Origin: Thermoplasmata archaeon
GTDB taxonomy: Archaea > Thermoplasmatota > Thermoplasmata > Lutacidiplasmatales > UBA184
Length of the DNA: 52,700 nucleotides
NCBI GenBank assembly: GCA_035624925.1
Contig: DASPQN010000073.1
Location: forward strand, 1-52,700
Reading direction: 5' to 3'
Below are positions 1-8,583 of the stretch, piece by piece. A program made the translations under genes and the position numbers. The first letter of the stretch is position 1. Each line of letters starts with the position of its first letter. A model generated the notes under the pieces. It did no database searches and had not been told where the DNA came from. It saw nothing but the letters and a program-made list of their open reading frames with translations.

Positions 1-15
1 CGACGCGAGTCGTGC

Positions 16-45
16 CATCTTTCCCTTCGTCTGCATCTTTCCCTT
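16..45 (-). repeat. 12-nt direct repeat CATCTTTCCCTT x2, 18 nt apart. On the minus strand this gives AAGGGAAAGATG twice, in frame, as the start context of an ORF that leaves the window leftward.
   Basis: Identical 12-mers at 16-27 and 34-45. The minus strand reads ATG CAG ACG AAG GGA AAG ATG GCA CGA CTC GCG TCG. Confidence 0.3.
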
Positions 46-234
46 GCGACGGGCTTGGTCCCGTCATGGAAGATTTCCGCCGGGCGGGTGATAAGGGCGT
101 GTTCCGCGCCGCCACGCACCGGCTTGGACGGTATGCTAGACCTTAGCAATCGGCCTCGCTGCCGACAGCGGCACGGTGGCGGGGCGTGCCGAGTCGCGGG
201 CGACCTGCCCGATCGGACGCTGATACCGCTCGGC

Positions 235-1935
235 CTAGCTCGGCGGCCGATCCGTCGGCTCGGCGGTCGTCAGCCCCGGGATGCGGAACCGCGCGGTCGA
301 CGCGATGCGGATCGATGCCTCGTACCCCGCGTCCGCGTGCCTCGCTACCCCTAGCCCAGGGTCGTTGTGGAGGACGCGGGAGATCCTTCGGTCGGCATCG
401 TCCGTCCCGTCGGCGACGATGACCACGCCCGCGTGCAGCGAGTTGCCGATCCCGACGCCTCCGCCATGGTGGAACGAGACCCAGGTCGCCCCGCCCGCGA
501 CGTTCAGGAGCGCGTTCAGGACCGGCCAGTCGGCGATCGCGTCCGAGCCGTCCTTCATCGCTTCCGTCTCCCGGTACGGGCTCGCGACGCTCCCGGTATC
601 GTGGTGGTCGCGACCGATCGCGACGGGGGCGTGGACCTCCCCGTCGTGGACGAGGGCGTTGACGAGGTGGCCGAACCGCTCGCGCTCCCCGTAGCCCATG
701 TAGCAGATGCGGGCCGGCAGCCCCTGGAAGCTGACGCGCTCGCCAGCCAGCCGGATCCACCGGACGAGGTGGTCGTTCGAGGCGAACTCGGAGAGGATCG
801 CCCGGTCGATGCGGCGGATGTCGTCCCCCTCGCCGCTGAGGGCGAGCCATCGGAACGGGCCGCTACCCACCGCGAAGAGCGGGCGGATGTACTTCGGGAC
901 GTAGCCGGGGATCTCGAACGCCTCCGCGACCCCGGCGTCGCGCGCCCGGGCGCGGAAGCTGTTGCCGTAATCGAACGCCTTGGCCCCCTTCCGCTGGAGG
1001 TCGAGGAGCGCCCGCGCCTCGGTGGCGAGGGAGGTGTTGACCTTGGCCAGGTAGCCCGGGAGGTCCCTCGCCCTCTCCCGCTCGGCCTGTTCGACCGTCA
1101 TCCCCTGGGGGATGTAGCCGACGCGCAGGTCGTGCGCCGCTGTCTGGTCGCTGAGGATGTCCGGGACGATCCCCCGCCGCGCGACCTCGGGGTACACGTC
1201 CGCGGCGTTCGCGCAGAGACCGACCGAGACGGCGCGACGGGCACGTACGCTCTCCCGGACGATCCCGAGGGCCTCGTCCAGGGTGGTCGCGACCGTGTCG
1301 AGGTAGTGGTGCGCTCGGCGGCGCTCGAGGGCCCGGGGGTCGACGTCGACGACGAGCGCGACCCCGCCGAGCATCGTCACGGCCAGGGGCTGGGCACCCC
1401 CCATCTCTCCCAGCCCGCTCGTCAGCATCCACCGACCGGCGAGGTCGCCGGCCCCGAACTCGGCCCGGGCGAGCGCCGCGAGGGTCTCGTAGGTCCCTTG
1501 CAGGATCCCCTGCGAGCCGATGAAGATCCAGCTGCCGGCCGTCATCTGGCCGTACATCGTGAGCCCCCTCGCCTCGAGGTCCCAGAACACGTCGTCCGTC
1601 GCCCAGTGCGGTACGATCACCGCGTTGGAGATCAGCACGCGGGGAGCCTCTCGATGGGTCGGGAAGACCCCGACGGGCTTCCCGGACTGGATCAGCAGCG
1701 TCTCGTCGTCCCCGAGGGTCCGCAACGCGGCGACGATGCGGTCGAAGGCGTCCCAGTCCCGTGCGGCCTTCCCCCGGCCTCCGTAGACAATCAAGTGGCG
1801 GGGGTCCCGGGCGACCTCCGGGTCGAGGTTGTTCATCAGGAGGCGAAGCGCCGCCTCCTGGCCCCAGCCGCGGCACGAGAGCTCGGTCCCGCGAGGCGAC
1901 CGCACGACCCGGTCGGATTCGAGCAAGCGGGCCAT
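235..1935 (-). CDS. hutU: Urocanate hydratase (histidine utilisation)
   Basis: Track ORF 235..1959. Motifs [45 protein letters not shown] and [19 protein letters not shown] prefer the internal ATG at 1935 (MARLLESD) because a TATA-like box lies about 27 nt upstream. 1959 is the alternative. Confidence 0.9.
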   Translation of the reverse strand: MARLLESDRVVRSPRGTELSCRGWGQEAALRLLMNNLDPEVARDPRHLIVYGGRGKAARDWDAFDRIVAALRTLGDDETLLIQSGKPVGVFPTHREAPRVLISNAVIVPHWATDDVFWDLEARGLTMYGQMTAGSWIFIGSQGILQGTYETLAALARAEFGAGDLAGRWMLTSGLGEMGGAQPLAVTMLGGVALVVDVDPRALERRRAHHYLDTVATTLDEALGIVRESVRARRAVSVGLCANAADVYPEVARRGIVPDILSDQTAAHDLRVGYIPQGMTVEQAERERARDLPGYLAKVNTSLATEARALLDLQRKGAKAFDYGNSFRARARDAGVAEAFEIPGYVPKYIRPLFAVGSGPFRWLALSGEGDDIRRIDRAILSEFASNDHLVRWIRLAGERVSFQGLPARICYMGYGERERFGHLVNALVHDGEVHAPVAIGRDHHDTGSVASPYRETEAMKDGSDAIADWPVLNALLNVAGGATWVSFHHGGGVGIGNSLHAGVVIVADGTDDADRRISRVLHNDPGLGVARHADAGYEASIRIASTARFRIPGLTTAEPTDRPPS

Positions 1936-1959
1936 GGTCGCCCGACCGGCGAGGAGCAT

Positions 1960-1968
1960 GTAAACTTG
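1960..1968 (-). promoter_or_regulatory. TATA-like box (minus-strand AAGTTTACA) upstream of hutU
   Basis: AT-rich island in a GC-rich background, centred about 27 nt upstream of the ATG at 1935. This fits a leaderless transcript. Confidence 0.35.
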
Positions 1969-1997
1969 GCCGGCGACGGGCCGGCACCCCTGTAGGG

Positions 1998-2153
1998 TTA
2001 GGTCGCTGGGGTCGGCTTGCGACGGGCGGCGGAGCGCGCGGGAACGCCGAAGATGACACCGCCGACGATCGCCGCGACGGCGAAGTAGATCACGCTCGTG
2101 ACGATGCTGCTCAAGGCGATCAGGCCGAACTGCTGCACGAGGAACACGAGCAC
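1998..2153 (-). CDS. Small hydrophobic ORF (about 51 aa from GTG, two predicted TM segments), not in the ORF track. It may instead be the frameshifted C-terminus of the upstream 2198..3007 gene.
   Basis: My translation: (M)[50 protein letters not shown]. Third-position GC is very high in this frame. Stop TAA at 1998-2000. Confidence 0.35.
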   Translation of the reverse strand: MLVFLVQQFGLIALSSIVTSVIYFAVAAIVGGVIFGVPARSAARRKPTPAT

Positions 2154-2197
2154 GATCCCGAGGACCGCCCCCGAGCTCGCCGCGCTGGACGCCGCGC

Positions 2198-3007
2198 TCA
2201 GGTTGTCCCTCCCCCGCCGGCGTTGGTCTCCGACGCCGGCGACGCTGGGGCTCCCGACGCTCCTTCGGGGGACCCCCCGGGCCCCGCGGGAGGAGGCGGT
2301 GGGGCCGGGCCCGGCGCCGACCCGCCCGTGGGCGGCGGTGCCCCCGGCTGCGGGGGCCGGGCGCCCCGCCGTGCGTCCCGGATCGAGCTGATCCCCCAGA
2401 AGAGCTCGGCGACCATGAGGATCAGGAGTACGATGACCGCGCCGGATTCGAGAAGGTAGGGAGCTTTCGCGAAGACGTAGAACGATTCGCTCCAGGCCGT
2501 CGAGCCGTTAGCGTTGAGCAGGCTCGCCGTGAGCTCGAACACCCCTTCGAGGGCGTCGGTGAGCGGCCCGAAGGACCAGTTGATATGGCCCGCGGCCGCG
2601 AACGGCCCGACGTTCACGTCGGCCGTCGCCACACGGGGAACGACCACCGAGGTCGCCGCCTTCGAGGTCGTAAGGACGAGTCCGAGATAGAGCACCTCGA
2701 GCGAGGCGTTGGTCACGTCGGAGGTCGACTGCTCCTCGAACGAGAAGTTCACCGAAGCCGTCTGACCCCCGTCGAGCGACAGCGCGCTCGACGGGGAGCT
2801 CGCCGAGGAGACGTCCTTCCCGTTCCAGGTCACCGTCGAGGAGAGCACCGACGAGGACGACGGAACATGGACCTGAGAGGAGGAGACAGCCGCCGGGCCG
2901 CTCGTCGTGGCGCCAGCCACGGGCCCCAGGAGGACGAACGTCGCGAGCGCCAAGGCCGGGACCACGAGCCCCCATCGCCGCCCCCTGCTGCGGGCCCACC
3001 CGACCAT
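2198..3007 (-). CDS. Secreted/type-I membrane protein with a Pro-rich cytoplasmic tail (hypothetical)
   Basis: N-terminal signal-like [23 protein letters not shown], Ser/Thr-rich ectodomain, TM segment [18 protein letters not shown], then a PPPxG-rich tail. AT-rich island at about 3034-3049 upstream. Confidence 0.55.
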   Translation of the reverse strand: MVGWARSRGRRWGLVVPALALATFVLLGPVAGATTSGPAAVSSSQVHVPSSSSVLSSTVTWNGKDVSSASSPSSALSLDGGQTASVNFSFEEQSTSDVTNASLEVLYLGLVLTTSKAATSVVVPRVATADVNVGPFAAAGHINWSFGPLTDALEGVFELTASLLNANGSTAWSESFYVFAKAPYLLESGAVIVLLILMVAELFWGISSIRDARRGARPPQPGAPPPTGGSAPGPAPPPPPAGPGGSPEGASGAPASPASETNAGGGGTT

Positions 3008-3077
3008 TCGTTGCCAGTGCGCAAGAGCTTCTCCATTAAGTAATGCTCGTTCGCACAGCGGCGCCGGCCCGTGGGCG

Positions 3078-3308
3078 TTACGGGGTCCCGGGGCCCCGTC
3101 GGCGTCGGTAGGCCCCTACCGCGACCAGCGCAACACCGGCTGCGGCGAAAGCTCCGGTCTCGACGAACCCCACGAGCGGGTACGTGAACCAGGATGGGTC
3201 GAGGAGGACGAAGAGGCCGGCGGCCAACAGGAAGACCCCACCGAGGGCGACGAGGATGTTCCAGGGGACCGGTCCGAATCGACCGCCCAGGAGCAGGAAC
3301 CGGATCAT
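3078..3308 (-). CDS. Small (76 aa) two-TM membrane protein (hypothetical)
   Basis: Internal ATG of track ORF 3078..3689: MIRFLLLGGRFGPVPWNILVALGGVFLLAAGLFVLL...GAFAAAGVALVAVGAY. The longer N-terminal extension is Arg/Pro-rich junk. Confidence 0.45.
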   Translation of the reverse strand: MIRFLLLGGRFGPVPWNILVALGGVFLLAAGLFVLLDPSWFTYPLVGFVETGAFAAAGVALVAVGAYRRRRGPGTP

Positions 3309-3506
3309 CTGACGGCCAGGATGTGGGTGGACCGTCCTAATCATACCGGCGGCCCGCGGGGGGGAGGACGGTGGCTCGACCTCGGGTGGCCCTCTCGCCG
3401 ACCCCGGGGTGGATCTCGTCCCGCCGGAGGCCGGGTCCGGCCCTTCTCGTGGAACGCTCGCCCGAGGAGGAACGGTCCGGTGACTCAATCGACTTCGACG
3501 CTCAGA

Positions 3507-3917
3507 ATGATAACCCCCATCGTGTTTGGAGGAAGCAGGCCGGCGTTGGAGACGGGAACCCAACCGAGACTGGTGACTCGCACGGCCGTCGGGGCCGAGC
3601 GATGCCGGTGCGGAACGCCCATGGCGCCCGGAACCCACGTCTACGCCTTCGACCGAGTCCCTTCCGAGATCGCCTCTCTCCTCCGGCATCGATCGTTCTG
3701 CAGCGTCGTGTGCGCCCGGGCGTTCGTGCTCGAGACGCTCGAGACGTTCGAGGCGGCCTGGATCAGCACGGTGGTCGGGGATGCCGCAACGGTGGCGGCC
3801 GCCCTTCGGCTGGTCTACTTGTACACCGTGTCCCAGGTGGAGGGCCCGCCCGGCTTCCTCTCCTCGGCGCCGGCCCCCGCTCGAGGAGCGCGGGCCAGCG
3901 TAGGGGCCCGTCGCTAA
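3507..3917 (+). CDS. Hypothetical protein with a possible TRASH/MYM-like zinc motif
   Basis: C-terminal part of track ORF 2907..3917. High GC3 in this frame. Motif CRCG-x27-FCSVVCARAF resembles the Cys pattern of TRASH-type metal-binding domains. Start uncertain (ATG 3507 or 3321). Confidence 0.45.
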   Translation: MITPIVFGGSRPALETGTQPRLVTRTAVGAERCRCGTPMAPGTHVYAFDRVPSEIASLLRHRSFCSVVCARAFVLETLETFEAAWISTVVGDAATVAAALRLVYLYTVSQVEGPPGFLSSAPAPARGARASVGARR

Positions 3918-4239
3918 GCGAGGTTAGATATCTACTAACCGCATGCCCCCGGTCGGCCCCGGACCCCGGTACGGTGAGTATGGTGGGTCTCCCGGGAACC
4001 GTCCGGGGTCTCCCGGCTGGGGGTCGTGGTCGACGGATCTACGGCTCGGCTGTCGACGTGGCGGGGACCGTAAGTCACCCAGCGATGACGGGACGACCTA
4101 CGCGGGGACGCGAGGGTTTCGCCCGCCGCGCGGGAGAGGTTGCGGGCGACCGGACGGGGAGACCGTTAAGGCCCGGGCAGGGGTCCAGCCGACGGCCATG
4201 CCCGAAGACCTGCCGAATCGGGCAGAGTCTCTGACGTAT

Positions 4240-4312
4240 GCCGCCATAGCTCAGTCGGTAGAGCGGCTGATTTGTAATCAGCAGGTCGGGAGTTCGATCC
4301 TCTCTGGCGGCT
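4240..4312 (+). tRNA. tRNA-Thr, anticodon UGU, 73 nt, no encoded CCA
   Basis: Hand-folded cloverleaf: acceptor GCCGCCA/TGGCGGC, D arm GCTC-AGTCGGTA-GAGC, anticodon arm GCTGA-TTTGTAA-TCAGC, variable AGGTC, T arm GGGAG-TTCGATC-CTCTC, discriminator T. Confidence 0.9.
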
Positions 4313-4515
4313 GCCGACCCACTGGAGCCTCGCCCCGGAGCCCAAGAGTCTCGGCGGGCCACCCCCTCAGCCCGCCAGGGTTCGCGGCTGTCGATAGGGT
4401 ACCCGGGTAAGGTCCTCCCGGCCGGGGAAACCGTGCCGGCCGGGACCCGGAAGAGGCTTGCACGCCGTACGTCCGCGAACCGACCCTGAGGGCACGCGTC
4501 GGAGCGCCCGGTCCC

Positions 4516-5217
4516 CTACCCGATCATCAGTCCTTCGATCCGGAGCTGAAAACCGCGGGAGGTCTTGCTGAGGAAGTTGATGAGACCGCTATGCCGCCAC
4601 TGGAGCATGCACCGGCGGGGGAGGAACCAGTAGCGGGCCCCGATGCGGAGCTCTGACCTGGCTTCCGTGACAAGACCCTCGTAGGCTTGGGCGGAGTAGA
4701 AGCCTAGGTCCTTGAACCCCTCCGACCGGGCCCGGAGCGGGCCCGTGACGCACCAGACGAGGACGCCGGTCCTTGGATCGACCGACATCACGACTCCGCA
4801 GTGGGTGATGGGACATCCGCAAGACATCCCGAGGGGGCGGCCGATGAGCACGTCCCCTTTCCGGATGTCCAGTTCCCGCGTCAATAGGGGGTTGTGGGGA
4901 AGGATCGTCTCGCGGGGACCGGGCTCCTCGGGGAAGGTCTGGAGAACGAAGTCGTACTCTCGGCCGAGGTGGTCCTTCCAGTCGCGCGGTTCGACCGCGG
5001 CAACGAAGGCGCAGCCGTCGCAGGGCGCCGGCCCTCCGGTCGAAGGGGGCAAGGCGGGCGCGGCCGACGAGGACCGTTGAACGCACCGGGTCAGGAGCTC
5101 CGGCTTGGCCGCGGCGGCTTCGGCGAGCTCGGCGCAGGTCCGGAAACCGCAGAGCCCACAATCGAGACCGGGGAGCTCCGCGAGGAAGTTCCGTGGCACG
5201 GCCGCCGAGGCGCTCAT
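4516..5217 (-). CDS. Fe-S-motif protein. The N-terminal CGLCGFRTC cluster motif resembles the RnfB/corrinoid Fe-S protein N-terminal domain. The C-terminal domain is uncharacterised and Cys-rich.
   Basis: Internal ATG of track ORF 4516..5652 (MSASAAVPRNFLAELPGLDCGLCGFRTCAELA...). The C-terminal part contains PCDGC and GMSCGCPITHCG. The ATG overlaps the upstream stop as ATGA (5214-5217). Confidence 0.75.
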   Translation of the reverse strand: MSASAAVPRNFLAELPGLDCGLCGFRTCAELAEAAAAKPELLTRCVQRSSSAAPALPPSTGGPAPCDGCAFVAAVEPRDWKDHLGREYDFVLQTFPEEPGPRETILPHNPLLTRELDIRKGDVLIGRPLGMSCGCPITHCGVVMSVDPRTGVLVWCVTGPLRARSEGFKDLGFYSAQAYEGLVTEARSELRIGARYWFLPRRCMLQWRHSGLINFLSKTSRGFQLRIEGLMIG

Positions 5218-6413
5218 CCGCGGGCCTCCAGAGCGGAGGGAGCCGCCACGCCCACGGAGCTGATGGGTCGCAACGAGGCGAGCGCCGTCCGAAGTTCCTC
5301 GAGGAAGCGGTCGATCTCTTCCTCGGTGTTGTACCGACCGAGGGTGACCCGGACCGCCCCCCGGGCCTGGATCGGGTCGCGGCCGATCGCGAGGAGGACG
5401 TGGGACGGCGCGCTCTCCTGGTGCGAGGAGCACGCCGACCCCGTCGCGACGGCGATCCCTCGCTCGTCGAGGCGGAGCTGGAGCGTGATCGCCTCGCCCT
5501 CGAGGCCGGCGAACCCGAGGTTGACGTTCGTGGCAAGCCGTCGGGTGCGGTGCCCGTTGACGTAAGCCCCCGGAACGTCTCCGAGGACACGGTCGAAGAT
5601 CCGGTCGCGGAGCCGGGTCATCCTCGGCATCTCGCGTTCCCGCTCGGCACACGCGAGTTCCGCCGCGGCGGCGAATCCCACGATCCCCGGAACGTTCTCC
5701 GTCGAGGAACGGAGGCCGAACTCATGGCCCCCTCCGTGCTGGCAAGGTTCAAGACGGAGCGACTCCCGAACGTAGAGCGCGCCGACCCCTTTCGGCCCGT
5801 AGACCTTGTGGGCGTTCAGGGTCACGAGACCGAGAGGATCGTGCGCCACATCGACGGGCAGCTTGCCGAACGACTGGCAGGCGTCGGTGTGGAACGGCAC
5901 GCCTCTCTCGGCGCAGACCTGCGCGAGCTCCCGGACCGGCTCGATCGTCCCGATCTCGTTGTTGGCGTGCATGATGGAGACCAGCGTCGTATCCGGACGG
6001 ATCGCGGCCGCCAGCGCCTCGGGACGGACGGAACCGTGCTCGTCCACGTCGAGGTACGTGACCGCGAACCCTAGCCCCTCGAGCCACGCCGCCGAGTTCA
6101 GGACCGAGTCGTGCTCGATGCGGCTCGTGATAATGTGGCGGCCCTTCCTTCGGTTCGCGAGCGCGACCCCCTTCAGCGCGAGGTTGTTCGACTCGGTGCC
6201 GCCGGAGGTGAAGACCACCTCCTCCGGCCGGGACGCCCCGATCGACGCGGCGATCCTGGCCCGCGCGCTGTCGACCGCCTCCCGCCCCTCCCGCCCGAGC
6301 TCGTGGAGGCTCGAGGCGTTGCCGAACGACGTGCCGAAGTACGGGAGCATCTGCTCCAACACGCGCGGGTCGACCGCCGTCGAGGCGGCGTGGTCCAGAT
6401 AGATCCGGGCCAT
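5214..6413 (-). CDS. Cysteine desulfurase, class-V aminotransferase (NifS/IscS type)
   Basis: MARIYLDHAASTAVDPRVLEQMLPYF...GNASSLHELG, FTSGGTESNNLALKG, LNAHKVYGPKGVGALY (PLP lysine context), ATGSACSS (catalytic Cys loop). Confidence 0.9.
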   Translation of the reverse strand: MARIYLDHAASTAVDPRVLEQMLPYFGTSFGNASSLHELGREGREAVDSARARIAASIGASRPEEVVFTSGGTESNNLALKGVALANRRKGRHIITSRIEHDSVLNSAAWLEGLGFAVTYLDVDEHGSVRPEALAAAIRPDTTLVSIMHANNEIGTIEPVRELAQVCAERGVPFHTDACQSFGKLPVDVAHDPLGLVTLNAHKVYGPKGVGALYVRESLRLEPCQHGGGHEFGLRSSTENVPGIVGFAAAAELACAEREREMPRMTRLRDRIFDRVLGDVPGAYVNGHRTRRLATNVNLGFAGLEGEAITLQLRLDERGIAVATGSACSSHQESAPSHVLLAIGRDPIQARGAVRVTLGRYNTEEEIDRFLEELRTALASLRPISSVGVAAPSALEARG

Positions 6414-7112
6414 CTACTCCCCCCGGTAGAACGTGTCTCCCTCGAGCTGCCGGACGACGCCGAAGTGTTGCTGCCAGCCGATCTCCTTCTTGCCCACGCA
6501 GATCGTGCAGACCCCGACCGGTGGGTTCCCCCGGAGCATGAGTCGGCCGGAGAGCTCCGGGGCCAGCCTCATCCGCTGCACCAGGCGGTCGATGTTGATG
6601 CCGTGCAGGGCGTCGGTCTCGATCACGGTGGCCCGCGTCGCGGAGAGGACGTTCGCCCGGAAGACCTCGCGCTCCGCTTGAGAGACGAGGTCGATCTTCG
6701 TCACCACCGCGACGTCCGCAAGCGACAGGAGCGGCCCCATCTTCCGCGGGAGGTTCATCCCACTGGTCGCCTCGAGCACGGCGACGCCCAGGGAGTCCTC
6801 GATGTACGGCGAACAGCGCAGGCAGAGGCCGGCCGTCTCGACGAGGAGCGTGTCGGCCTTCTCCGCCGCCGCCCAGCGGACGGCGTCTCCGAGGACCATG
6901 ACGTTGCAGTGGTCCGGGCAGAGCTCCCCGGAATAGACCTTCTTGGCCGGGATCCCGAAACGGGTCCGGAACTCCTCGTCCTCGTTGGTGAACTGGACGT
7001 CGGTCTTGAGGTAGGCCAGCCTGTGCCCTGTCGCGATCAGCCGCCGCGCGACCTGTTTGAGGACCGTGGTCTTGCCGCTCGTCGGCGGGCCGGCGCAGGT
7101 GATCGCCTTCAT
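6414..7112 (-). CDS. G3E-family (HypB/UreG/CobW-like) P-loop GTPase with several Cys pairs
   Basis: Walker A GPPTSGKT, Walker B-like LLVETAG followed by LCLRCSPY, NKxD-like VVTKIDL, plus CPDHC and VCTICVG. The stop abuts the NifS start. The start overlaps the upstream stop (ATGA at 7109-7112). Confidence 0.8.
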   Translation of the reverse strand: MKAITCAGPPTSGKTTVLKQVARRLIATGHRLAYLKTDVQFTNEDEEFRTRFGIPAKKVYSGELCPDHCNVMVLGDAVRWAAAEKADTLLVETAGLCLRCSPYIEDSLGVAVLEATSGMNLPRKMGPLLSLADVAVVTKIDLVSQAEREVFRANVLSATRATVIETDALHGINIDRLVQRMRLAPELSGRLMLRGNPPVGVCTICVGKKEIGWQQHFGVVRQLEGDTFYRGE

Positions 7113-8086
7113 CGGACGGTCATCTCGGGGACCAAGGCGCTGGCGAGCCGCTGCCCTAGCGCGTCGCCGTCCAGAGGGTCGCCGGCTCGGATCTTCGCCC
7201 GATACTCGAGGATGATATCGTCGAGGCGACTCAGCGCATCGGCCACCGGTCGCTCGCGGGCGTCCTTCGGGATCAGCTTCTGCATCGCGCCGTTCCGCAT
7301 CACCACCCGAACGTCGGAGAGGAGCGCGATCCGTGGATCGTGGGTGACGAAGACGAAGATCTTGCGGTAGCGGCGGAGGAGCTCGAGGGCGCGGGTCCGG
7401 TGGATCCCCGCGTTCTCGATCTCGTCCAGAAGGATGATCGGCGAGTTCCCGATCACCACCGCGTCCGCGATAAGGAGCGCTCGGGTCTGACCGCCGGAGA
7501 GCTCGGTCATCGCGCTCTCGAGGTCGATCGCCTCGCCTGTTAGCTCGTTGGCGAACTCCACCGTCCGGCCCACCAGGGCCGCGACGTCCGCCCCCCGGCG
7601 GATCTCGGCGTGGATGCGCAGGAACTCGCGGACCGGGAGGTCGGACAGGAAGTTCGTATGCTGGGTGATGAGGGCGACCGGATTGCGGCTGGGCTCACCG
7701 ATCGCCTCCTCGGGGACCGGCGCGTCGTTGACGAGGATCCGCCGTCCGGAGGGTGTGTTCGCGTCAGCGAACCGCTCGATGTCGTTGATCAGTTCGGTCT
7801 TTCCCGACCCGGTCGGTCCCACGATGCTCGCTACCTCGCCCATGCGCAGGTCCACTCGTGCGACGCGTTCCTCCTCTCCCTGGCGTCCCCGCCCGCCGAA
7901 GATGGACAGCTTCTCGATCTCCGCGATCGGAAAGGGAGGGGCCGACCGAACCTCGGCGGCAGGACCAAGCCGGCCGGGGGTCATGCAAGGTCCGCCGGTT
8001 CGGATGTCCGTGGAGGCATGCGTACGGTCGGGCTCGACGAACTGGCGAACGTCCCCCCCGGTGGAGGTGGCAGCACGGCCATCCAT
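7109..8086 (-). CDS. Soluble ABC-type ATPase, single nucleotide-binding domain, no permease partner in the operon
   Basis: Walker A GPTGSGKT, signature ELSGGQ, Walker B IILLDEIE, H-loop VTHD. Start chosen at ATG 8086 because of the TATA-like box about 26 nt upstream. Alternatives are 7984, 8146 and the TTG at 8206. Confidence 0.8.
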   Translation of the reverse strand: MDGRAATSTGGDVRQFVEPDRTHASTDIRTGGPCMTPGRLGPAAEVRSAPPFPIAEIEKLSIFGGRGRQGEEERVARVDLRMGEVASIVGPTGSGKTELINDIERFADANTPSGRRILVNDAPVPEEAIGEPSRNPVALITQHTNFLSDLPVREFLRIHAEIRRGADVAALVGRTVEFANELTGEAIDLESAMTELSGGQTRALLIADAVVIGNSPIILLDEIENAGIHRTRALELLRRYRKIFVFVTHDPRIALLSDVRVVMRNGAMQKLIPKDARERPVADALSRLDDIILEYRAKIRAGDPLDGDALGQRLASALVPEMTVR

Positions 8087-8106
8087 GATCGTGTCCGGGG
8101 GACGAC

Positions 8107-8118
8107 GGCTATAAGTCC
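8107..8118 (-). promoter_or_regulatory. TATA-like box (minus-strand GGACTTATAGCC) for the ABC/GTPase/NifS/Fe-S operon
   Basis: The only AT-rich hexamer in this stretch, centred about 26 nt upstream of the ATG at 8086. Confidence 0.35.
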
Positions 8119-8583
8119 GGGCCACGGGTCCGCAAGTATGGTGCATTAACTTCGGCCCTCCCCGCCGGCCCGCCGGTGGGCAGGGTCGCGGTCCACGGCA
8201 GAGCAACCTTCCCCAGCAGGGGGGTTCAGGACCCTCGAGCGGGGGCTGAGTGGATCAGTGTGATAAACATGGTTACTTGAGGACCGTGACGTGATGGGCG
8301 TCGCACGTACGGCCGAGGAGAGCTCCTCGCAGGGTCCTCCGGCTCGCGTCGACCCCGGGGTCCGACTTGTGGCGACCGCTGCCGCGTCGCAGGGCCGAAC
8401 GGCGAGGGAAGGGCTCGAGGCCCGGTCTCGCCGGCCCCGCCGCCCACGCGGTCCAGCGGCCGATGGATAGGGTGTGGGAAGCAACCTCGCTACGGCGTCG
8501 GTGCATCGCCGAGGTCCGGGCCGAGTCCGGCGCGGTAAGCCGCCCCGCTCCGAGGAGAAGCCCCCCTCGGGCGTGGCTTGGGC

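Noticed and set aside
367-1995. 542-aa plus-strand ORF, plus ORFs 143..850 and 863..2059
   Set aside because: They are antisense or out of frame relative to urocanate hydratase, which is recognisable along its whole length.
3943-4410. 155-aa plus ORF and the overlapping ORFs 3371..4234 and 4075..4362
   Set aside because: They run through or end inside the tRNA-Thr gene and have no protein-like features. The region is treated as non-coding, possibly structured RNA (see findings).
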